A stretch of DNA of 64,000 bases from an uncultured virus (IMG/VR IMGVR_UViG_3300042344_000419) (lineage: Duplodnaviria; Heunggongvirae; Uroviricota; Caudoviricetes). Location of the stretch: the IMG/VR virus record IMGVR_UViG_3300042344_000419. The stretch is one strand, 5' to 3'. Under the pieces are notes generated by a model that saw nothing but the letters and a program-made list of their open reading frames with translations, was not told where the DNA came from and ran no database searches. Below, one piece after another: positions 54,229-63,800 of the stretch (positions are counted from its first letter, which is position 1; each line of letters starts with the position of its first letter). The translations under genes and the position numbers were made by a program.

Positions 54229-56348
54229 AATTTGATCCTCCAAATAGTCACGCCATCGTGTGTTTTCCGTTCTACCTTGTCGCCTGTGGCAGCAAGGCTC
54301 GCCAGCATTCGGCCTAGCGACCGACTATTGCTGACAAACATCTTTACTGAACTCTGGAGGGAAGCGTCGTTTTGCAAGGCCAGCAGGAGTTCTGTCGACG
54401 TACCTTTCCAGTCAATTGCCTTCGGGTTATCCGCACGATAGTTGCGAAGGAAGAGATCAAGAAATTCACTGAAGCCGTTGACGCTCGAGGACGCACGGGA
54501 TTCGGCTAGGAGCATTGGGTGGTGGTAGGATTTTACTCCGTACCGCTTCGATCCCAGAAACTCCTCAGGAACTTCCCAGTCCCGCAGCCACGCCGCGAAG
54601 TGTGGGAGCTCGTTCTCCAAGGTGGCTTCGAGCTCGAGATAACCAATATTCTCAAAGAGCTTGTGCCCTTGGAATTTGAACAGACTGATTTTGTCGAGAA
54701 TCGATCCGTCGGTGTGGGGAACAGCTTGGATTGATTCTGGATCGTCGTTGAGTGTGTCGATGATTCGTCCGTTCCAGTTGACGGTTTCGGCATCGTGGAA
54801 TTTGCGATGGTACGTGTGCTTGGTATTGGCCACGCCACGTTTAATCATCCGGCTGAACCGCTTGTGAGCTTCAGCGGAATCGGCACTAGAAGAATCATCG
54901 ACATTCCACAGAGCGACCTCAAACAGCTCAGCGTTAAACGACGATCCTTGGACGAGATAGTCGGAGGCGTCGCATCCACCACCCATCAACCTAGCCACGA
55001 TCTCTGTTCCAAAGAACGTTTTGCCTTGGCCTACTGGTCCCGCGATAAACACGGCTTGTCCTGGTAGGAGTTTTCCCTCGAGGGCTGATGTGTAGAACCG
55101 CTTCAGCCAAGCCATCAAGTAGGGAAGGGATTCAATTGGATCGATGGCTTGGTCGAGGAACTTAGCCAACCAAGGAAAGTTCTCACCCCAAGCACCAGAC
55201 TTCTCCTCTGGTTGCATCACGCGGGTCTTGGAGATGTTAAGGATCCTTTTCCCGTTCCGCATTACGGCTTCACGAGGGTCGTACAAGCAGGGGATAGCCC
55301 CGTGGACTCTTCGACCTTCTCGGATACGCCGCAAAGCCTCGTCGGCCTCAGACAAAGCACCCCTCGAGTCAGGAGCCGCACTTAGCCCAAAAGTACCAAC
55401 AATATCGTGGCGGGTATTGCCACTCTCCTGGGATTGCCAGAAACGTTCTAGATCCCGCTTCCAATAGTATTTCCCATCAAACCAGTAGCTTTGCATAGGT
55501 CCACCGAAACGATCTTCTTGGAACTCCCTAACCCAGCTCGCACCAAATAGGTCTGCCCACGTCATAAAGCCTTTTGGGCTTCTGGTGGAGTAAGAGATCA
55601 TTCCAGTTTTAGTGACCTGGGCTCCCACTCGATCAACTCCGTCTTCTAGCCAGAACACGGGCCCACGCAGTCCGTCTTCAAACGCACCCGTCCAGCGACC
55701 AGGGTAGACCTCTTGGATCTTTTGGTAAATCTTGTCGAGCGGTATGGCCACCTCTCCTTCGCCACGATATTTTTTTGATTTCTCGACAGCCTCAGCAAGG
55801 ACGCTGTGAAGAGCTTCGGATCGTATGGGTTGGTCTGCGAACTTAATTGCCCCCGGCATCCAAGCGTAGTATTGGTCGGGCTTGAGGATCGCGTCATCCA
55901 TCCTCGGGAACATGTTCTTCGCCTTGGTCTCTTTCACCAACAGCCCTAGGAACTCTTTCAGTACACCGGGTAGGACGTGGATAGGTTCTTCAAACATCCA
56001 GACGACACGAGCCCCGCTGGAGAAAGTTTTATGGGCGAACATCGGCTTCCAGCCAGGCTTTGATCCTCTGGCCAGCCCCTCCAACAAAATCTCGTCGGTG
56101 AGGGGAGTATCGTAATCGGCAATCAGTCCGTGCATCTTGCAAGGTTCGTTATTTTTATTTACCCGCGTGTGGGGGTTAACTCCTTCGAACCCCGATACAA
56201 AAACAGAGTCAGTTGTCTCGTCGCTCGCCCACGCACGGAACGCTTCTTTGTTCGCAAAATTTGGTATTTCGATTTTGCCGTCCCAAGGTTTGATGGGTGC
56301 GGCTGTTCTGGCTCGGAGGTTGGGTATTTTAAATAAGGTGGTGTTCAT
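54225..56348 (-). CDS. primase-helicase (AEP-like N-terminus + SF3/D5-like helicase)
   Basis: IADYD..TFSSGARVVW; Walker A GPVGQGKT; Walker B WNVDD. Confidence 0.8.
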   Translation of the reverse strand: MNTTLFKIPNLRARTAAPIKPWDGKIEIPNFANKEAFRAWASDETTDSVFVSGFEGVNPHTRVNKNNEPCKMHGLIADYDTPLTDEILLEGLARGSKPGWKPMFAHKTFSSGARVVWMFEEPIHVLPGVLKEFLGLLVKETKAKNMFPRMDDAILKPDQYYAWMPGAIKFADQPIRSEALHSVLAEAVEKSKKYRGEGEVAIPLDKIYQKIQEVYPGRWTGAFEDGLRGPVFWLEDGVDRVGAQVTKTGMISYSTRSPKGFMTWADLFGASWVREFQEDRFGGPMQSYWFDGKYYWKRDLERFWQSQESGNTRHDIVGTFGLSAAPDSRGALSEADEALRRIREGRRVHGAIPCLYDPREAVMRNGKRILNISKTRVMQPEEKSGAWGENFPWLAKFLDQAIDPIESLPYLMAWLKRFYTSALEGKLLPGQAVFIAGPVGQGKTFFGTEIVARLMGGGCDASDYLVQGSSFNAELFEVALWNVDDSSSADSAEAHKRFSRMIKRGVANTKHTYHRKFHDAETVNWNGRIIDTLNDDPESIQAVPHTDGSILDKISLFKFQGHKLFENIGYLELEATLENELPHFAAWLRDWEVPEEFLGSKRYGVKSYHHPMLLAESRASSSVNGFSEFLDLFLRNYRADNPKAIDWKGTSTELLLALQNDASLQSSVKMFVSNSRSLGRMLASLAATGDKVERKTHDGVTIWRIKL

Positions 56349-58111
56349 TTTTGATAGCACTCGGCTTCGTGTGATTCGGCAGCGATTGGGCACCCCTGAA
56401 GCCATTCGGGCGTAACCGCCATAAGGTTGTCGACGTCCGCGCATGTAACGTCCTTGTCGACTTCAAGAATCACTTCGTCGTGGATATGCGCGACGACAGG
56501 CAGACCAGCTTTCTCAAGCCGTAGGATTGCCTCACCGAAAACGTCCCTAGCCGCCGCCTGGACAAGGTTCTCGGTTAGCTTTCCGCCCCAGAAGGCAAAC
56601 TTCGGTCCTCCTAGCGTCACGCTCGCGCGCCAGTCGGGTTTTCCCATCGTGCCTCTCTGAGTTGTGATTCCGAAATACTTCTGTTGCCGTCCCGAGGGAA
56701 GCTCGACCATATAGTCCTCGTTGTGACTACCCTTAAAGCCACGCTCTAACTGGTTCCAAAGAGCCACGACTTTCGTGTTCTTCCGGCGGTACGAATCGAC
56801 GATCTCTTTTGATCTTGTCTGATCTAAGTCAAGACCAGCCATCAGCTTGGAAACCAAAACGAACTTCTTAGCCCCGCAGCCATAACCAAGCCCCAACACC
56901 TGAGCCTTGGAGAGGGCGTAGATAGCTGGATCTGTCTTTTTGAGGGTTCCTTTCGCACCTTTCCACATTCCGCTCGAGACCGCAAAAGCCTCATAGATGC
57001 CGTATCCTTTACGAACTGCGTCTAGGAGGACTTCGTCTCCGCACAACCAGGCCAAAACTCTGGGTTCGATCTGAGCTAGATCTGAGATGATGAACTTCTT
57101 CCCAGCTCGCGGGACGATACACGCACGGAGATCGACTCCGAACATATCCCCCTTGGGCAAATTCTGGACATTGAATTTCGAGTCACCCGACCAGCGACCC
57201 GTCTGAGCTCCAAAGTACTTTAGCCCATAGGGGACAGTCCCGTCTGGCCGACGCCGCTTCCAGAGGATTTCGAGTTTTGCGAAGAGCATGTTGGCTTTTC
57301 GCCAGTCACGCATTGCTGCGACCCACGGGTACGCCTCTCCGTATTCTTCTTCCCAACGCTGGCAAGCGGGGTCGTCTTCGGAGGTAGACGCAGGAACTTC
57401 AATTCCGGCCTCACGACAGGCTTTCGCCAACCCACCCATTTTAAGAACGTCCCCAGTATGATCATCATCGTCTTTCCAAGGTAGCTTCTCAGAAGCCTTA
57501 ATCCTAACCCAATCCAACGTGTTTAAGCCTTTGTCGACAAGCCCGCTATCCACACTAAACCCTCTCCAGCCCATTTGTACCGTGTGAGCCGAAAGAGCCT
57601 TTTCCATTTCTGGCATCCGATCACCAAAACTTGAGTACAGCTCAAGACAAGAGTTTGCGTCGGTCATAGCGTACTTCTTGATTTCTTGCTCCTTGCCCAA
57701 AGCCACAGCTTCCCGCCAAGACTTGCCCTTCATAAAAGCTCGAGGATCTTTATCCACGACTTTGCCAAGGAGCTCCTGGGACGCTCCACCCAGAGCTCTA
57801 GGTGCTCCCATAAAGGCAGAGAGGTTAGCTGTGCAAAAGAACTCCTTAGGCTTCGCTTTGGTCACACCTCGCTCTGCCAAGACTTCCATTACAGCCCCAT
57901 CGAAGGAGTAGTTGTGCGCAATCCACCTGTGGCCGTCTATGACGTCCCAAGGTGCATCTTTAGGAGCACCCACGAAACTCACCCCAGGGCCAACAACAGA
58001 AACCATGTAAACATCTGTCTCCGGGTTTCGGAGATAGTGCCACTGACCCAGTTGGCCTATGTTGTTGTCGGAGCTGTAAGTGGTTTCAAAGTCAATAGCG
58101 TACGTGTCCAC
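56345..58111 (-). CDS. polA: family A DNA polymerase with 3'-5' exonuclease
   Basis: DFET, AHNYSFD, TGRWSG, QNLP, SDLAQIEPR, KAQVLGLGYG, HIHDE. Confidence 0.95.
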   Translation of the reverse strand: MDTYAIDFETTYSSDNNIGQLGQWHYLRNPETDVYMVSVVGPGVSFVGAPKDAPWDVIDGHRWIAHNYSFDGAVMEVLAERGVTKAKPKEFFCTANLSAFMGAPRALGGASQELLGKVVDKDPRAFMKGKSWREAVALGKEQEIKKYAMTDANSCLELYSSFGDRMPEMEKALSAHTVQMGWRGFSVDSGLVDKGLNTLDWVRIKASEKLPWKDDDDHTGDVLKMGGLAKACREAGIEVPASTSEDDPACQRWEEEYGEAYPWVAAMRDWRKANMLFAKLEILWKRRRPDGTVPYGLKYFGAQTGRWSGDSKFNVQNLPKGDMFGVDLRACIVPRAGKKFIISDLAQIEPRVLAWLCGDEVLLDAVRKGYGIYEAFAVSSGMWKGAKGTLKKTDPAIYALSKAQVLGLGYGCGAKKFVLVSKLMAGLDLDQTRSKEIVDSYRRKNTKVVALWNQLERGFKGSHNEDYMVELPSGRQQKYFGITTQRGTMGKPDWRASVTLGGPKFAFWGGKLTENLVQAAARDVFGEAILRLEKAGLPVVAHIHDEVILEVDKDVTCADVDNLMAVTPEWLQGCPIAAESHEAECYQK

Positions 58112-58116
58112 GTACG

Positions 58117-58347
58117 TTATGGGAGAATGATCCTCGACTGTTGGGCAGCCTCGATCTCTTCATTTCTTTTTTCGTTTTCCATCACTTGTCCTTCAAACCC
58201 ATCCAGACAAGCCTCGATATAGGGCTTCAAGCGAGTCACAATCGCTTTTTCCAACTCTGTTCCGTTGTCCTGAGTGGCTTTGACCTCTAGGTTTAGTTCC
58301 TTCTTTTCCGCGTCTTCAGTGATTCGAATAGTAAGTTCTGTGCTCAT
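58117..58347 (-). CDS. hypothetical protein
   Basis: SD AGGAGG before ATG 58347. Confidence 0.6.
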   Translation of the reverse strand: MSTELTIRITEDAEKKELNLEVKATQDNGTELEKAIVTRLKPYIEACLDGFEGQVMENEKRNEEIEAAQQSRIILP

Positions 58348-58372
58348 GTTTCCTCCTATTGGTTTATGTTGT

Positions 58373-58546
58373 TTACTGAATCCCAGCGCCAACCGTGTTG
58401 ACGTTTGGGTAATACCCGCCAATGACTTCGACCCTTTCTTTCAAAGGTTCAAAAGCCCATTGGTTTTTCTTGAGTTCGCGTACCTCAGCCTCAAGCTGAG
58501 ATACCCGTTCCCATAAGTCTTTAATCTGTTGGTTCACTTCGTTCAC
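58373..58546 (-). CDS. small coiled-coil protein
   Basis: SD GGAGG, GTG start. Confidence 0.5.
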   Translation of the reverse strand: MNEVNQQIKDLWERVSQLEAEVRELKKNQWAFEPLKERVEVIGGYYPNVNTVGAGIQ

Positions 58547-58664
58547 CAGTCCCTCCTGTTCTTTTTCCAATCCTCGTATAGCCAAACAAGAAAAGCACAG
58601 ATCGTAGTCAGCAGCATTGCCCCGAGAACGAAACCCGCCGCGGTTAAGCAAAATGTGCCAAAGT

Positions 58665-58910
58665 TCATTTTCTACCCTTCCGCTTTGCAAAAACTTCTTC
58701 TGCTTTCCGAAAAGGCCACACCTTCGAGTTAAAGCTACCCTTCGGAAAGGTGTAGTTGACGTAAGCGGCTGGCCGTCCCGATGCGGACGTATACGAGGTG
58801 GTGTGGAACTCAGTTCTCTTCGACCAGAACAGCCAAAAAAGAGTTATGAGAGATCCGCTTACCCCTCCAAATACATAGGAGAGGAGTACAATTACTGTTT
58901 CAGTAACCAT
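58665..58910 (-). CDS. small membrane protein
   Basis: N-terminal hydrophobic helix. Confidence 0.5.
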   Translation of the reverse strand: MVTETVIVLLSYVFGGVSGSLITLFWLFWSKRTEFHTTSYTSASGRPAAYVNYTFPKGSFNSKVWPFRKAEEVFAKRKGRK

Positions 58911-59127
58911 AATATGATGCCCTTTCTGGGTTATTTGGTTCTTCGATGCCGTAGGTAAGATTTTCTGGTCGAGTGATGTCCCTTTGGCAAAAGTCCATTA
59001 CCCGGCCGTCACGAAGAGCTACGGTCCAAACCTTGTTATGCTCAATCCCGTAGTCCGTAATCATCCAAGCCATTCCTTCACCTTTCGGCGTGTAGACGAA
59101 GAGCTCTGGTTTTAGCTGAACGATCAT
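58900..59127 (-). CDS. hypothetical phage protein
   Basis: TPKGEG.A..ITDYG.EHN..W motif. Confidence 0.65.
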   Translation of the reverse strand: MIVQLKPELFVYTPKGEGMAWMITDYGIEHNKVWTVALRDGRVMDFCQRDITRPENLTYGIEEPNNPERASYYGY

Positions 59128-59312
59128 TTCTTTTTCCCCTGCGCCTCAATCAGATCGATAGTCTTCGCAAGCCACCTTCTGTCCTGGGCAAAGATTATGT
59201 GTCGAACACGTTCTGTCTTCGGGTCGCAACTAAACGCTACATTTTCAAACCATCTATTTCCTAGTCTCACGAAGAGCGATAGGAGCCAAGAGTCGAGTAG
59301 ATCGAAAATCAT
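59124..59312 (-). CDS. hypothetical protein
   Basis: ATGA-coupled. Confidence 0.55.
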   Translation of the reverse strand: MIFDLLDSWLLSLFVRLGNRWFENVAFSCDPKTERVRHIIFAQDRRWLAKTIDLIEAQGKKK

Positions 59313-59578
59313 TTAAGAACTCCTCTCTCTTTCAACGTATCCTCGATCGCCTTCTTAACCGCATACCCGAAAAGTTCCTGTTTATCAGCCTTGATGAGTT
59401 CCCTGCCCATCGAAGCCACCTTTTCAAAAGTCTCGTCGTCCGTCTCCATTACGATCTCGCACATATCCAAATCCCGAATCGTCTGGATTGTAATCCTACC
59501 AATCTCCTCATCCCGGTAATCGTTAACCTTTTTTGCTTCTTTCCGCATTACTGTTGAAATCTTCTTTTTCCGTTTCAC
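59309..59578 (-). CDS. hypothetical protein
   Basis: coupled ORF. Confidence 0.55.
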   Translation of the reverse strand: MKRKKKISTVMRKEAKKVNDYRDEEIGRITIQTIRDLDMCEIVMETDDETFEKVASMGRELIKADKQELFGYAVKKAIEDTLKERGVLK

Positions 59579-59949
59579 GAAGTCATTCCTCTCTTGGTTT
59601 TGAACAACAAGAACGCTGCTCGCACGAGCGCTCGCTCAAGGTGATCGGTTGGTTCCTCCCCGTTTGCGTCTGGTGATTTCTTATTCCCGTCCAACTGCAT
59701 CATTGCCTGACAGAGGTGGTTGATACATCTGTCGGAGTTGTAACGCATGCTGTCGGTGTGAAACCACTGCCCAAACTCACTTTTATCGCTACCCCGCATC
59801 ATAATCCTCCTGACTACGGAGGCCGCCATTTCAGCGACCTCCGCAATCGAAGGACAAAAAGGTTCCGCGTCTGTTTCAAAGACTTGGAGGCTGACATCAG
59901 TCGTTGCAGGTTCTCCCTGCACACCATGGACGGGAACCTTTTTACTCAT
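59575..59949 (-). CDS. divergent DUF5664-like (dATP/dGTP diphosphohydrolase-like) protein
   Basis: ..IMMRGSDK..W..RY..R..HL....D..G...HL..A..R..FL pattern. Confidence 0.45.
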   Translation of the reverse strand: MSKKVPVHGVQGEPATTDVSLQVFETDAEPFCPSIAEVAEMAASVVRRIMMRGSDKSEFGQWFHTDSMRYNSDRCINHLCQAMMQLDGNKKSPDANGEEPTDHLERALVRAAFLLFKTKRGMTS

Positions 59950-60689
59950 CCGAGCAGACCCCGGACAAATTCTACAAACTTTGCGTCGTGTTTCTGGCTC
60001 AGTTTGACTACTGGTACGTACCAGCTACCGACCGCCGCAGTCTTGATCTGACTGGTCAGCTCGTAGCTAGCCGTGTCGATGCCGTCCTTCAACGCCATCT
60101 GCGAGTCGGTAAAGAGCTTCGCTCCCACAGACTTGTAGGCCGATTTGGTGATGTACCATTTGGCTAGGGCATAGTTCTCACCACCGAACTCGAAGGGGAA
60201 CATAGCGTTACCCTTGGTTGGGCTTTTGAGCAGAACGATGCAGTCCATAGCTTCCGAGTATCTCTCAGATCCTTCTTCCGCATCTGCCGACCAACCGACG
60301 TGCCCACCAGCAGCGACTACATCCCGCTTGGTCGAGAAGGTCTTTGGAGTTTCCTCGGTGCCAAACGGCAAGTCCTGTCGGTAAAACTTTGTGATACGGA
60401 GGACTGTGATTTGAGCTGGCTTCTTGCCATCCCCAATGATGACCTCGCGATTGTACACAAAGGCTCCAGCAGGGAACTGGTTAGATAGCTCCCCAGTCTT
60501 TGCGACAAGGTTTAGGTAAGGGATGACGATGTCCGACGCAGTAAACTCTCCGTTTACCTGGCCGGGAGTACCCCTAACCGTTAGGGTCGACGTAGCTTCC
60601 TCTTGGGTAGCTAATGCCGACGTTGATTCCGTTTCAGTTGGCGCCGCCACGGGTTTAGCCGTTGGTGCCTTGGCGAATGATGTTTTCAA
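59946..60689 (-). CDS. putative ssDNA-binding/recombination protein
   Basis: DIVIPYLNLV..PAGAF..GSWYVP; between exonuclease and polymerase genes. Confidence 0.5.
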   Translation of the reverse strand: MKTSFAKAPTAKPVAAPTETESTSALATQEEATSTLTVRGTPGQVNGEFTASDIVIPYLNLVAKTGELSNQFPAGAFVYNREVIIGDGKKPAQITVLRITKFYRQDLPFGTEETPKTFSTKRDVVAAGGHVGWSADAEEGSERYSEAMDCIVLLKSPTKGNAMFPFEFGGENYALAKWYITKSAYKSVGAKLFTDSQMALKDGIDTASYELTSQIKTAAVGSWYVPVVKLSQKHDAKFVEFVRGLLG

Positions 60690-60694
60690 TTTAT

Positions 60695-61558
60695 TTATTT
60701 TTCCTTTGTTCGTTTTAAATAGGTGATCTCCCCGCCGCCTTGCAGAACGCCTGCTTCGTCGAGTTTATCCTCTATCTCCTGTTTAAGTTTCTCCTTGGCA
60801 CCTCGCGGTGCCTTCGAGGAGTACGCTTTCAGAAGTTGGGCAACCGAGATTTCGCAAACAGCCGCGAACTCCTCGGGGGTCAGCTTATCTTTGACCAATT
60901 CGTATGTGAGCTGAGGGTCGGTAACCGTTCTCCGACCAGCTCTGGACGCCACCTCAAACCCTGGGATTTCCGTTCCAGACTCAAGTGCGTACTTAACATT
61001 CTCTTTTCGTACCTTCTCGCACCAAGGCTCCAAGACCCTGCGAAGGATCTCGGCCTTACCCCTAAGGTCAGGCGTAGCTAGCTGATCGGGGTTATAGAGG
61101 TCGATAAGCTCTCCGTCGGGGGTGAGGGGGGAGAACTTGTTGGATATGATGAGAGCCTTTTTGTGCAGAGCCGTGCAGGTAGCCTTGGCTCCACAATACA
61201 AGCAGGCGTATTCCGTTGGGTTCAGCTCGGGTGGCTGGTGCTTCGCCCGAGCGATTACGGTGGACACTCTTACCTTTAATCTGTCAAGATCAACAGAACG
61301 GAAGAAAGCGTGTCGGCTAACGCTGTTAAGCCTTGGTTGGGCAAAGACCACATCAACCATCTGAACATCTGGGTACTTCTCAAAGACCCCGATGGCGTAG
61401 GCCCATCCTTGGAGATTAATTTCGGCGTCCTCTACTGGGTTCCAGCCGAACTTTGCATCACCAATTATAGCTCGATCTCCCTTGACCATAACCAGATCGG
61501 CTGTCCCAAAGGTTAGCCCATTTAGGATAGATAACTTAAGCTCTTTTAAAATTGTCAC
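60695..61558 (-). CDS. Cas4-like/DUF2800 PD-(D/E)XK exonuclease, C-terminal part
   Basis: FGTAD..IGDAKFG..NLQGWAY; CLYC..C. Confidence 0.8.
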   Translation of the reverse strand: MTILKELKLSILNGLTFGTADLVMVKGDRAIIGDAKFGWNPVEDAEINLQGWAYAIGVFEKYPDVQMVDVVFAQPRLNSVSRHAFFRSVDLDRLKVRVSTVIARAKHQPPELNPTEYACLYCGAKATCTALHKKALIISNKFSPLTPDGELIDLYNPDQLATPDLRGKAEILRRVLEPWCEKVRKENVKYALESGTEIPGFEVASRAGRRTVTDPQLTYELVKDKLTPEEFAAVCEISVAQLLKAYSSKAPRGAKEKLKQEIEDKLDEAGVLQGGGEITYLKRTKEK

Positions 61559-61778
61559 TTGAAAGCTCCTCTCTGAGCGTGTCAAACAGCTCTTGCACCA
61601 TATCCACACATTTCTTCTGTTCTTCCGTTAGGCCAGAATGATCTCCCGTCTCAAGAGCCTTGTGCATCATGGTGCCTTCGGCAGCCGCCACAGAGGAAGG
61701 ACCCTCATCGGGTTGCCATCCGGGACAAGCTTCGCGATACATTAGTTGAGAGGGTGAGAATTTGTGGTGGTCGCTCAT
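61536..61778 (-). CDS. Cas4-like/DUF2800 exonuclease, N-terminal part
   Basis: HHKFSPS..CPG..AAEGTMMH. Confidence 0.8.
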   Translation of the reverse strand: MSDHHKFSPSQLMYREACPGWQPDEGPSSVAAAEGTMMHKALETGDHSGLTEEQKKCVDMVQELFDTLREELSSDNFKRA

Positions 61779-63043
61779 ATAGTTTCCATGTCTCCATCGT
61801 TTAGGGTTTCGATGTCTTTCAGTTTCGATCGAACACGACGCATTACTTTTTCTTCGATCGAACCCGCTGCAAAAACAATCTTCTGGATTGCCTTTGAAAG
61901 AGAGCCAGCCCGGTGGATACGCCCAAGAGCTTGTTTCAAATCGATAGCAGAGTACGTAGGACAAATAAGGGAACTACGAGGACGCCCATTTAAATCGTGA
62001 AGGGAAAGCCCGACTCCCCCAGCTTGAATTTGGCAAACCAAAACCTTGCACTCGTTGCTCTGAAAACTCTCAATTGCCTCCTGTCTTTCCTCCGCACTTT
62101 GTCCTCCGTAAATTATCATTCGGTCTTTGCTAGGCTCTAGACATAATTCGTCAAGAGAATTCCTGAAATTACAAAAAATAACTACGCTTCGTCCTTCATC
62201 GACTAAGTCGTTTGCCATTTCATTGATAATTGGGAGTCGAAGCATCTCGGCTTCTTGCCTCGCCCGGAGGATTTCCGTCATAGGGCTTGGCTTGTCGCTA
62301 GCACGGCTGTTCTCAATTTCCGCAAGACGCTCCTGCAAGCTCATCCAAATTGCATCGGAATCTCCGCAGTCGAACGCTTGGCATTGGACTTCGTTGTCTG
62401 GGAAGGCGTCGCCCAGCTCTGAAACACGAATTCGTGTGCTTTTGGGCAAAATAGATTCGTGAATTGCAGTCAGCTTGGACTTCCCACCGAAATAGGCAAA
62501 GGAACCCCAGGGAGCTTTCTTAACTCCATTCTTAAGCAGCCACGGAAAGAAATCGGTATACTTGTGGAGACCGAGGAGAAAACCAGAGGCTTTCATATCC
62601 ATAGGGTTTGAGGCGAATGTGGCAGACAGGAGAAGGGTGTAGAATTGCTTAGACTGGATGAGCATCTTGCCATTTAGAGAGTTTGGTCCCTTGCACTTAT
62701 GGACTTCGTCCCAGATTAAGAACGCATCGTGGGGTAGGCTTGCCCACACCCAGCTACCGCTTACAAAATCCCCATAGATAGTCGACCCAGCTCGTAGCTT
62801 TTCGTAGTTCAGAATGAAAATAGGTGAAACCCCAGCTTTCTCGCACCACTCCTTCCAAGAAGGGATGACTCCCTTGGGGCAGATGATAGCGAAAGGCTTA
62901 CCTAGCTGTTTAGCCACCCACACGGCTTTTGCCGTTTTACCCGTCCCTGTGTCACTCCAATCCGCAGCAATATGGTTCTCCCGGAGGGAAGAGAGTATCT
63001 TCTCCGCAGATTCAGTTTGCCACGAGTAGAGTTCGAAGTTCAC
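61775..63043 (-). CDS. SF2 (SNF2-like) helicase
   Basis: TGTGKT, DEVH, SAT, GGVGLSL, QALGRIHR. Confidence 0.9.
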   Translation of the reverse strand: MNFELYSWQTESAEKILSSLRENHIAADWSDTGTGKTAKAVWVAKQLGKPFAIICPKGVIPSWKEWCEKAGVSPIFILNYEKLRAGSTIYGDFVSGSWVWASLPHDAFLIWDEVHKCKGPNSLNGKMLIQSKQFYTLLLSATFASNPMDMKASGFLLGLHKYTDFFPWLLKNGVKKAPWGSFAYFGGKSKLTAIHESILPKSTRIRVSELGDAFPDNEVQCQAFDCGDSDAIWMSLQERLAEIENSRASDKPSPMTEILRARQEAEMLRLPIINEMANDLVDEGRSVVIFCNFRNSLDELCLEPSKDRMIIYGGQSAEERQEAIESFQSNECKVLVCQIQAGGVGLSLHDLNGRPRSSLICPTYSAIDLKQALGRIHRAGSLSKAIQKIVFAAGSIEEKVMRRVRSKLKDIETLNDGDMETI

Positions 63044-63498
63044 TCAGTTTTAACTCCATACTCAAGAAGCAGTAGGGCATCAGCCGTTGACAAAGTTACG
63101 TCAAGACTTGGGAACAGGTTCTGCGCTTTTGACTTCAACTTGTTCTTCCATTTAGTCTTGTTCCCCTCGGATGTTCCTAGACCTAAAAACCCTTGCCACT
63201 TTTGGGGTCGCACTAGAACAATCCTAGCCCCTAGGCAAGTAAGTGTGCCCAGAAGGAAACCAAAGTTCCTCCCAAAGGTGAACATAGCAGAGCCTGGTTG
63301 AGGACGGCCAATGTACCCGCCTACTTCTTCAACGATACAAGTAGGCTTGTCCAAGTGATAATAGATCTCTTTTAATCTCGCACAGATATCTGGCTCAGTT
63401 TCTGGCATTTTGATAGCGCGTACCCCGTAGGCTAGTTTCCAAGCTATCCCGCCCGATTTCCCCGGATCGATAGCAATGAACTCTTTTGGATGGTTCAT
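63040..63498 (-). CDS. RuvC-like Holliday junction resolvase
   Basis: IAIDPGKSGG, VEEV, FTFGRNFG, PQKW, ADALL. Confidence 0.85.
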   Translation of the reverse strand: MNHPKEFIAIDPGKSGGIAWKLAYGVRAIKMPETEPDICARLKEIYYHLDKPTCIVEEVGGYIGRPQPGSAMFTFGRNFGFLLGTLTCLGARIVLVRPQKWQGFLGLGTSEGNKTKWKNKLKSKAQNLFPSLDVTLSTADALLLLEYGVKTE

Positions 63499-63800
63499 AA
63501 GATTCTAATTTTTTCCTTAACTTTTTCCCGGCTCAGCCAAGCCGAGAGGTCTGATTCGGTCACTCGCGGGCGTCCACCCGCTTTGGAGTGCGGCAGGGGA
63601 TTTACCGCCCTGCGAAAATAGTTTTGAATGGATCTACGAGAAACGCCGAGGCGTTTCATTAAATCTGGAATTCTGTAAATGGATTCGTGTGGAAGAGTTT
63701 TCGGCCAGCCCGACTCATCTACTGGCTCAAGTTCAACCGCCAAGTGTCCGCTGGGGAGTGTTAAGACTCGGACTGATTTGGTTTCTAATACGAGTCTCAT
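63495..63800 (-). CDS. excisionase/AlpA-like HTH DNA-binding protein
   Basis: IPDLMKRLGVSRRSI..LP..K.GG..V..SDL..WL. Confidence 0.7.
   Translation of the reverse strand: MRLVLETKSVRVLTLPSGHLAVELEPVDESGWPKTLPHESIYRIPDLMKRLGVSRRSIQNYFRRAVNPLPHSKAGGRPRVTESDLSAWLSREKVKEKIRIL

Noticed and set aside
60695..61778. CRISPR-Cas adaptation module (Cas4)
   Set aside because: No cas1/cas2 or array; stand-alone Cas4-like nucleases are usual in phage replication modules.
63495..63800. Evidence of an integrated prophage (excisionase-like gene)
   Set aside because: No integrase, att site or host genes in the window; such HTH genes commonly head replication operons.
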